Source: a virus
Lineage: Duplodnaviria; Caudoviricetes
IMG/VR virus record: IMGVR_UViG_3300032247_001505
Coordinates: 1 to 56,370 of that record
Length of the DNA stretch: 56,370 nucleotides
Direction: 5' to 3' (one strand)
Made by a program: the position numbers and the translations under genes. Position 1 is the first letter of the stretch; each line of letters starts with the position of its first letter. Below are positions 49,546 through 56,370 of the stretch, piece after piece. Below the pieces are notes generated by a model. The model did not search any database. It saw only the letters and a program-made list of their open reading frames with translations, and was not told the origin of the DNA.

Positions 49546-49620
49546 CTTATTTCCTTTTTTGTTAATGCTTTAGTACATAAACAAGACATTTATCTGTTAT
49601 TAGTACTTTAGCATGGTTGC

Positions 49621-50058
49621 TTACATAATCTCGTATCGGACTTGTAAGTTAATTTCACCAACTGCATAAGGTGCTAGTAGCCCCTCGTCAGTGGTAATTG
49701 ACTGAATTAGTATTTCAGTTGTGGAATAGCCGTTGGTTTGATCATAAATTAGTTGACGATTGGCGTCTATACACACTTCTAGGTCAGTTAGTAAAGTTTC
49801 TAAATCTTCAGTACTTGACTCACCATGACAGTATACTTTTACTACAATGTTTAAGTATCCCCAGCGAAAGTTTCCAGGTAAATACTCGCGCATTTCAGTA
49901 CTTGGCGTTAAGTAAACACTAGGAAAATCTTCTACTTCATCCCAGAACTTTAGTTTAGCATAGGCATTATTAAACAAATTAGTTTTATAGGGTGCTAAAC
50001 CAGCAATTGTGTTAAACTTAGTGGCAAGGGCCTTTACAATTTTTGTACGACTACTCAT
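49621..50058 (-). CDS. tail terminator protein (T5 p142-like)
   Basis: KFWDEVEDFPSV, ITTDEGLLAPYAVGEI; synteny. Confidence 0.8.
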   Translation of the reverse strand: MSSRTKIVKALATKFNTIAGLAPYKTNLFNNAYAKLKFWDEVEDFPSVYLTPSTEMREYLPGNFRWGYLNIVVKVYCHGESSTEDLETLLTDLEVCIDANRQLIYDQTNGYSTTEILIQSITTDEGLLAPYAVGEINLQVRYEIM

Positions 50059-51830
50059 ACTAATACCGCCCTTAATCTATTTTTTACTTGGGCTTGAGCA
50101 ATTTCCCTGATTGATTTGCTTATAAGTAGCTTGGGATCGCGTGATCTAGGATTTTGCTGTTTACCGCCTTCACTAAATGTTGCATATGGATTACGCATAT
50201 AAGTATAAAATGCAGTAATCATGCCCTGCCTACTTTCACTTAGCCGTTCTACCTTAGCACTTTCAGCAAGTCTGCCTGTACGTAAATTTAATATGTCTTT
50301 ACGATTACCAGAGCCCATATTATCCTTAATCTGCTGAGCCAGCTGAGCATTAAGCAGTGATTGTAGACTAATAAGATTAGTTGGTTGAGCAATACTAATC
50401 TTTGGAATTTGTACAGTAACGGGCTTTGAAATTTTTGGTGCTGGTGACTTTTTAAGTTTTGGAAGACTAAGAATTTTATTACTTTTTTTAGCTAATTGTA
50501 CACTATTTTTAACTGTACTGACTTGTTCAGTAGGTCCTGATTTATTTGAAAAAGCTGAATGTATACTATTATCAATAGCGGTATTAAATGAATCAGACCC
50601 TTCAGTATTCTTTAAAATCTTTACTATAGAAGCTGAATCAGCCTGAATTGATTGCGCTAAAGCTTTTTCAGCTGCATTTTTAAATTTTGAGCCTGCAATA
50701 TCTGTACCAATTTTATCTATATAAGTACCAATACTAGCTACAGCTTCAAATAGTTTTACTAATTGAGCTTTAAAATTTTGTTTGTTAACTACACCTTGTC
50801 CACCGCTGGGATAAGCTGCTCTGGCTAAATTTTTAAGTTGTCTACCTGCAGCTACTAATTTTCTACCTGCTTCTTGATTGGCTAAGGATAACTGTAACTC
50901 AATAGAAGATCGTTGACCTTTTTTTCTATAAACTATTTTACTTGTAGTACTAGCAAGTTTTATATTACTTAATAAGTTACTAGTTATTAAATCAGAATTT
51001 GCCATTAACTGTAAGGCATTTTGCATTAAGTTATTATATCCAGCAATTTGTTCAGCCTCTTCTTTAATAGCTGAACTTAAGCCACTACTAACATTAATAC
51101 TAGAAACAGATTGTCCTGATTGTACTACATTTAAGTCTAATAAACTTGCAAACTTTATATTAAATACACCTAAAAAATGTCCTGCATCAGTATTAGCATC
51201 AATAAATTCAGCTATTGCTGGACTACTAGTTTTGGACACAAAATCAATAAATCTTTTGTTGAACTCAGCGTGAGTAAGATTACTTGCAATTAAAGCTTTT
51301 AAATCATTATTATTACTACTGCCTGACTCAACAATTAATCCTTGTTCATATCTAGTACCTACAGTTTGATCACTAAATGTAATATTAGACTTTTTTTCAC
51401 TACCAAGATATTTAGTTTTATACCATTCAACAAATAGATCAAAAGTATTACTACTACCTAAAAAGGTGGCTGCTTCTTTAGCTAGATCTTTTATAGACTT
51501 ACCACTTTCTAAATATTGTACTACTAAAGGATAAGCTTTTTTTCCTTTACCACCACTATAATCTGTTATTTTTCTTTTTTGAAGAAAAGCTTCCGGATTA
51601 CTAGTAGCTTCATTAAATTCGTTGGCTAGTGTATCAAGACTTCGTTGAGTAATAATACCTTCTTGTATTTTATTACTACCAGTTCTTACTTCTTCGCCTA
51701 AAATAGATCCGGATTTAAATTCTTTTAAATTTTTATCTATTAATCCTGCATCAATTTCAGCAGCAATTTTATCACGTAAACCTTTTAAAATATGGTCTAC
51801 AACTGTATCACTCATTGCACCTATGCTCAT
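50055..51830 (-). CDS. tail completion protein (T5 p143-like C-terminus) with long N-terminal region
   Basis: C-terminal RTGRLAES...YMRNPYATF...RDPKLLISKSIREIA; synteny. Confidence 0.65.
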   Translation of the reverse strand: MSIGAMSDTVVDHILKGLRDKIAAEIDAGLIDKNLKEFKSGSILGEEVRTGSNKIQEGIITQRSLDTLANEFNEATSNPEAFLQKRKITDYSGGKGKKAYPLVVQYLESGKSIKDLAKEAATFLGSSNTFDLFVEWYKTKYLGSEKKSNITFSDQTVGTRYEQGLIVESGSSNNNDLKALIASNLTHAEFNKRFIDFVSKTSSPAIAEFIDANTDAGHFLGVFNIKFASLLDLNVVQSGQSVSSINVSSGLSSAIKEEAEQIAGYNNLMQNALQLMANSDLITSNLLSNIKLASTTSKIVYRKKGQRSSIELQLSLANQEAGRKLVAAGRQLKNLARAAYPSGGQGVVNKQNFKAQLVKLFEAVASIGTYIDKIGTDIAGSKFKNAAEKALAQSIQADSASIVKILKNTEGSDSFNTAIDNSIHSAFSNKSGPTEQVSTVKNSVQLAKKSNKILSLPKLKKSPAPKISKPVTVQIPKISIAQPTNLISLQSLLNAQLAQQIKDNMGSGNRKDILNLRTGRLAESAKVERLSESRQGMITAFYTYMRNPYATFSEGGKQQNPRSRDPKLLISKSIREIAQAQVKNRLRAVLV

Positions 51831-52396
51831 GTATAGTCCGTCCTATACATGTCTAGTATACGCTTAATATGTGCAGGCAATTGACTTGTAGTAATATACT
51901 CAATTTGTACAGCATTAGTACCTGGTGCTTTATTACTATGAATACTCATATCGCTTTTGCGATAGTAGGTTACCAAGTCCATAATTGCAAGTTCTAAGTC
52001 TTGTGGCGTATCATCAAAACCGCCAGTATAAGCAACTTTATATCCTTGCAACTGTTTTCTAAACCCATTAGGCGCTAAACTTACTATGCTATCGCCGCGT
52101 ACAATCCAGTCTGAGAACTTGGTTAAGGCTAGCCAGGTTTGACCGTAGTTTTCACTATAAGATACACTAGTAACTGCAACTACTGGTGTTTCTGATAAGA
52201 TAAGCTCTCGTAAGTCATTGCCATCAAAAATTTCTGTTTTATCTGTGGCATAGTAGTCTACAAAAGTTCTGTTACAGTAGGTTTTTACAAATACGCTTAC
52301 ACGCGTAATAAGGTTATCAATTTCGGCATCATAGTTAGTACTTTTAATACCGGCATAAGTTTTATAATCTGCTCTAGTAGTTAAATTTAGTGCCAT
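51827..52396 (-). CDS. head completion / head-tail connector protein (T5 p144-like)
   Basis: VKTYCNRTF, YTGGF..PQDLELA, PAHIKRILDMYR; follows the capsid gene. Confidence 0.8.
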   Translation of the reverse strand: MALNLTTRADYKTYAGIKSTNYDAEIDNLITRVSVFVKTYCNRTFVDYYATDKTEIFDGNDLRELILSETPVVAVTSVSYSENYGQTWLALTKFSDWIVRGDSIVSLAPNGFRKQLQGYKVAYTGGFDDTPQDLELAIMDLVTYYRKSDMSIHSNKAPGTNAVQIEYITTSQLPAHIKRILDMYRTDYT

Positions 52397-52446
52397 AACT
52401 ATCTCCAGTGTCTTTTAAATGTGTACGTATTTATTAGTACACATTT

Positions 52447-52472
52447 AAAAGACAGGGCTTTTCAGCCCTGTC
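52447..52472 (-). terminator. intrinsic terminator after the capsid gene
   Basis: Minus strand GACAGGGCT-GAAA-AGCCCTGTC-TTTT. Confidence 0.8.
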
Positions 52473-52492
52473 AGTATTAGTACTAAAACTAA

Positions 52493-54457
52493 TTAGGTTG
52501 TATACTTAAGTGTAGCAACTGCTGAGCCATAGTTACTAGTAACACGAACCATACCGGTACGTAGGCTAGCAACCATAACACGACGCTGTGTTTCTACCAA
52601 CTCTTGTGTATCAATGCGGAGACCGCGCTGATTACCAACAATAAAGTTACTAGGAGCAACTGCTAGAGCAGCAAAAGCACCTGAAGCAGCATCAGCAAAC
52701 TCGCCACTAACTAGTACTGGTGAGTTACCAACTTGACCAATCTGACCAGTAAGCAATGTAGCCTGTGGACCTACTTGGTTCATTGTTTGGAATGTGGTGT
52801 CCTCAAGTAGATTGTAGTAAACATTGCTGTTAACAATAAAAACTACATCTGCTGGATCTAGACCCCAAACACCAAGACCTTGGCGTAGTGTACGTAGGTT
52901 ACCAACAGTAGCTGTACCTGAACTAGCACTAACAGTAGCTGTACCAGCACTGTTATATGAAGTAAGTCCGGCAACTGGATCGCTACCACTACCGCTACCA
53001 CGTAGGAAAGCACGATCAACTGCACGAGCAACACGACGAATCATTGCATCACGAATAACTGGCATAATAGCAATAAGGCTATCTTCCTCTTCTTCGTAAG
53101 CTGTGTACTCGTTTGTGGCTACTTTGTATGCGTTGAGTGTGATTTCTTTGATAAGGTGTGGACTGCCAGAACCTGGTGTACCAACGTTACTAGTTGTAGT
53201 AGCAGTTGTACCACCAGCACTGTTGCTAGTACCAAATTGTGCATTAGTAATCCAAGTAGCAACACCTGCTTCTGGATTAACAGGAATTGTCATTACGTTA
53301 GTTTGCATTGCAATATTACGGAATAATGGTGCAATTACTAAACGACGACGAACTTCTTGTTCCATGTTTAGTGAAACTTCTAGTTCCCATGTAGCACTTG
53401 GTAGGTGTTGGCCATATTTTTGAACCATATCACGGCCAAATCTAGTGCTATCAATACCTTTACCAGCCATTTTGGCTAGGAAAACTGCTTTTTCTTTGTC
53501 TGCATAAGGCATTTCACCAGCTTTGGTATCCTGAAACTGCATACGTGACTTGTTGATTGCCTCAAGTTCAGAAGCTTTTTCACGTAGTGAAGCCTCTAGA
53601 CCTTCTAGAGCTGCTTTATGTGTTTGCTCTTGTTGAGCAACACGCTTTTCGAGTTCTGTAAGTAGGCGCTCAGCACCTGTGTCTACTGTTTGCACTTGTG
53701 CAACAGCAGCTTTAACTTTTGCATCAAGTTCAGCTTGTGCACGATCTTGTGCAGCTTTTTCTTGAGTGGCTTTTGCTGTTTCAGCAGCAATAGCTTTTGC
53801 TGTTTCAGCAGCGGCTTGGCGAGCTGTGTCAGCAAGTAGTTTTTCCAATTCTTTAGAATCCATGTTCCATTCCTTTGTAGTGTCGCTATTTGCTTCCGTA
53901 GTAGAATCGAGCCCTTTAGCTGATTTCAACTTAGGCGCAAATTGCAGTTTAAAAGATTTAACTTCCTCGTCGCTATTAAACGATTTAGACAAACTAAATA
54001 GTGTATTTTGATTTGCAGGTACGGACACTACTGAAATCTCATGTAGTTCCAGGTCTTTAACAACAAACAGCTCTGTGGCTGCATCATATTCCGCATCAGC
54101 GATACGAAAACCAATACTAAACGCAGTAAGTACTCCGTCTTTGATAAGATTAAAGACTTCACCTGCTGCTGCAGAAATTCTGGCTTTAATCCACAAACCT
54201 TTACTGTCAACTCTATGATCAACCATCCTACCAATAGGCTCACTGTGATCGTGATAAGCTAAAATTACTGGATTTTTCAAGTAATTTTGCATACCGCCTT
54301 TCCACACTGTGCTAGGTACAATATCGCCTTGACGATCAGTATCGATGGTACTTGCGTAACCTTCGATCATAATTGAATCAATGCTCATGTCTTTGGTAGG
54401 TAGATTGCTTTTAGTAAATGTACTAGTGAGGGTAATTACTTTATTTTTATCTACCAT
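52493..54457 (-). CDS. fused HK97-type prohead protease + scaffold (delta) domain + major capsid protein
   Basis: Protease motifs IEGYAS, LAYHD..PIG, FSIGF, EISVVSVPAN; coiled coil; HK97-fold capsid (VDRAFLRGSG..P.GL). Confidence 0.92.
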   Translation of the reverse strand: MVDKNKVITLTSTFTKSNLPTKDMSIDSIMIEGYASTIDTDRQGDIVPSTVWKGGMQNYLKNPVILAYHDHSEPIGRMVDHRVDSKGLWIKARISAAAGEVFNLIKDGVLTAFSIGFRIADAEYDAATELFVVKDLELHEISVVSVPANQNTLFSLSKSFNSDEEVKSFKLQFAPKLKSAKGLDSTTEANSDTTKEWNMDSKELEKLLADTARQAAAETAKAIAAETAKATQEKAAQDRAQAELDAKVKAAVAQVQTVDTGAERLLTELEKRVAQQEQTHKAALEGLEASLREKASELEAINKSRMQFQDTKAGEMPYADKEKAVFLAKMAGKGIDSTRFGRDMVQKYGQHLPSATWELEVSLNMEQEVRRRLVIAPLFRNIAMQTNVMTIPVNPEAGVATWITNAQFGTSNSAGGTTATTTSNVGTPGSGSPHLIKEITLNAYKVATNEYTAYEEEEDSLIAIMPVIRDAMIRRVARAVDRAFLRGSGSGSDPVAGLTSYNSAGTATVSASSGTATVGNLRTLRQGLGVWGLDPADVVFIVNSNVYYNLLEDTTFQTMNQVGPQATLLTGQIGQVGNSPVLVSGEFADAASGAFAALAVAPSNFIVGNQRGLRIDTQELVETQRRVMVASLRTGMVRVTSNYGSAVATLKYTT

Positions 54458-54469
54458 ATACTCTCCTCA

Positions 54470-55657
54470 TTATTCTTTAGGAGCGGTGGTGGGTCGCCCA
54501 CCTTGTGCTGGATTTACAGCGCTGCCGGCAATATTAGCAGGAACACGTAAATCATCAAATCCTGTAATTGGTGCATATCGCAACTCTACTCTAGCTTCAT
54601 TTGGTGTAATAATTCCACCATTTACTAGTGTTTGATGATATGTAGCAATGTCTTTTAAGTCTGGCTGCATTGCACTTACATTACTGGTAATTGCATCTAC
54701 ATCGTACCCATAGTAACGTTCTAGTGCGCTAATAAATTTTCTAATTACAGGCATTACTGTTTCTAAGTAGAATAGTCGCAAGTTAGGCGAAATATTAGCG
54801 TTATTGCCGCCATCTAGTAAAATTGGTGGAACACCAATTACTTGTAACAGCAAATCATTATGCGTTTTAACTGCCAGATCAAAGTCTAGGTCTTTGTAGC
54901 TGTTATTACTAATGCTGTGTGGCTTTAAACCGCTGTCTAGGATAACTGGACGCTTACCGCCGGTTTTATTACTATATCGCTGCAACCAGTACTGTACAGT
55001 TTTTTCTTTAGCAACTTGTGATAGGGTATTGTCGCTGGTAAGCACAAAACCAAAAGTAGCACCGTTGTCAAAAAACTGTGTTTGAAATTTGTGCATTGAG
55101 TTCAACAAGTCAATGCTGTGTTGTGCTGGCTCTAGGCGACTAGCACCACGATAAATACTTTGTGAGCTTAAGTCACGAAAGTGAAATACGTCTTTTTCCT
55201 CAAAATCTATATATCCGTTGTAGCGATAGCCACGAATAAATGTTTTAGTATCTGTTAAAATTTCTGTGTACTGTGCTGGCAAGTGATACATAAATACACC
55301 ATCAAAGTGTATAAACACATTGCCTTCTAGGATCAGGTCAGTAAAAATGGCCTGACGAAATTCTTGTACGCTTTGATAGGGATTAGGCCTAAAATTAAGC
55401 AAGTTTACTAGTTGCTTTTGCCTAATACCACTAACAATGCCTTCATTTAGTTTATCTTTTACATCGTAGTCTAGCGAGCTTGCTGCACTAACTACCATGT
55501 TTACGCCGCGATTAACAACTTCTAGATTCCTAAATGCTTGTTGATAGGTAATCTTTGAAGTTGTGGGTATGTGTGTACCCTCAGCCTGTGCAATTCTTGC
55601 CTGTGCTGGATTTAGTTTTTCACGAATCCAGTCCACGCTATTTGTAATCCAACCCAT
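54470..55657 (-). CDS. portal protein (HK97/T5 type)
   Basis: LLNFRPNPYQ, LILEGN, GVPPILL, GIITPNEAR; likely ATG at 55657 after AGGA. Confidence 0.93.
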   Translation of the reverse strand: MGWITNSVDWIREKLNPAQARIAQAEGTHIPTTSKITYQQAFRNLEVVNRGVNMVVSAASSLDYDVKDKLNEGIVSGIRQKQLVNLLNFRPNPYQSVQEFRQAIFTDLILEGNVFIHFDGVFMYHLPAQYTEILTDTKTFIRGYRYNGYIDFEEKDVFHFRDLSSQSIYRGASRLEPAQHSIDLLNSMHKFQTQFFDNGATFGFVLTSDNTLSQVAKEKTVQYWLQRYSNKTGGKRPVILDSGLKPHSISNNSYKDLDFDLAVKTHNDLLLQVIGVPPILLDGGNNANISPNLRLFYLETVMPVIRKFISALERYYGYDVDAITSNVSAMQPDLKDIATYHQTLVNGGIITPNEARVELRYAPITGFDDLRVPANIAGSAVNPAQGGRPTTAPKE

Positions 55658-55665
55658 AGCTTTTC

Positions 55666-56097
55666 CTAACAAAATTCGCTAAAGAAGCTGCCATAGCTTT
55701 TCTTAGGAACCGCAGGATTACCACCAGCAATTTTATCACGTTGAATTTGAATCCAACGCGCTTGTTTGGGTTCGCTGCCAGGTTGAGGAGTTTTACCGTA
55801 CACACCATGGAGCGCTATATGATGTGGATTACATAGGGTGTAAACCTGCTCGTATAACTCACTATGATGTTCACTAATAAACTCATCCCTAACAGCTAAG
55901 ATTCCCTCATCAGTTGAAATATCATATCCCCGACGTTGTGCCCAACTTTCTAGTAACAGGGTAACGCTATGTAGATGATGTAATTCCAAGTCCTGACTTG
56001 TATTGCAGATATAGCAATGATCTTGCTTTTCATAAGCCGACTTGGCTTTATCTCTAACGTGTTTAACGGGTATACGTTTGTTTGTGTTCTTTGCCAT
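55666..56097 (-). CDS. HNH nicking endonuclease (T5-like, upstream of portal)
   Basis: CYIC...LELHH...TLCNPHHIALH; position as in T5. Confidence 0.8.
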   Translation of the reverse strand: MAKNTNKRIPVKHVRDKAKSAYEKQDHCYICNTSQDLELHHLHSVTLLLESWAQRRGYDISTDEGILAVRDEFISEHHSELYEQVYTLCNPHHIALHGVYGKTPQPGSEPKQARWIQIQRDKIAGGNPAVPKKSYGSFFSEFC

Positions 56098-56370
56098 TTA
56101 CTTTAGTGAACTGCGAAGCATCCATGAATGCTTTTTGTGTGCATCTTGACGATCTGCTAAAAAGTTCGATAGCCCGTGATCACCAAATTCTTCAGCCACC
56201 ATAAATAACTGTTGAAACTTCATAGCCATCATGTCTGAATCTAGGAGTAGCTCTTGTAGCAAACCTTTCCAGTCGCCTGGAGCATTTTCATCTTGAATAT
56301 AGGTTAACTGCGAAAACTGTGACAAGCTAGCAGGTGTAACAATTTGTAGCGCACGCAGCTCTTCAGCATA
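56098..56370 (-). CDS. dps: Dps/ferritin-like protein, C-terminal part (truncated by window end)
   Basis: Frame is open to the window end: YAEELRAL..TPASL...AEEFGDHGLSNFLADRQDAHKKHSWMLRS. Confidence 0.85.
   Translation of the reverse strand, partial: YAEELRALQIVTPASLSQFSQLTYIQDENAPGDWKGLLQELLLDSDMMAMKFQQLFMVAEEFGDHGLSNFLADRQDAHKKHSWMLRSSLK

Noticed and set aside
38655-54635. Numerous plus-strand short ORFs (e.g. 39253-39666, 46117-46503, 52824-53423)
   Set aside because: Antisense shadows of long, well-supported minus-strand genes; low-complexity translations with no motifs
1-56370. Stop-codon reassignment, tRNA or rRNA genes
   Set aside because: Standard code gives dense full-length genes ending in TAA, TAG and TGA; intergenic gaps are short and show no cloverleaf by eye

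Overview
56-kb segment of a lytic, T5-like (Demerecviridae-type) siphophage genome, AT-rich. The two-component spanins indicate a Gram-negative host. Plus strand 1-12.5 kb is the T5-style replication block: primase end, family A DNA polymerase, D10 helicase, D11 SSB, D12/D13 Mre11/Rad50-like nuclease, D14, D15 flap endonuclease and a class II ribonucleotide reductase. A bidirectional terminator separates it from a convergent minus-strand late region. Read right to left, that region holds: Dps fragment, HNH nickase, portal, fused protease-capsid, head/tail completion genes, tail tube, tail chaperones with a -1 frameshift, a ~2900-aa tape measure and a non-T5 tail tip. Next comes a second fibre operon ending in three [Cys/Gly-rich protein + fibre chaperone] pairs. 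After that is a separately promoted cassette (carbamoyltransferase, 2OG-Fe(II) oxygenase, glycosyltransferase-like, heme oxygenase, PcyX-like bilin reductase), then spanins, a membrane-protein/lytic-transglycosylase gene joined only across a -1 slippery site, and phoH. The strongest leads are the apparent frameshift-linked holin-like/endolysin gene and the Cys-rich fibre triplet next to the tailoring-enzyme/bilin cassette. All family calls come from motif recognition by eye; no searches were run.
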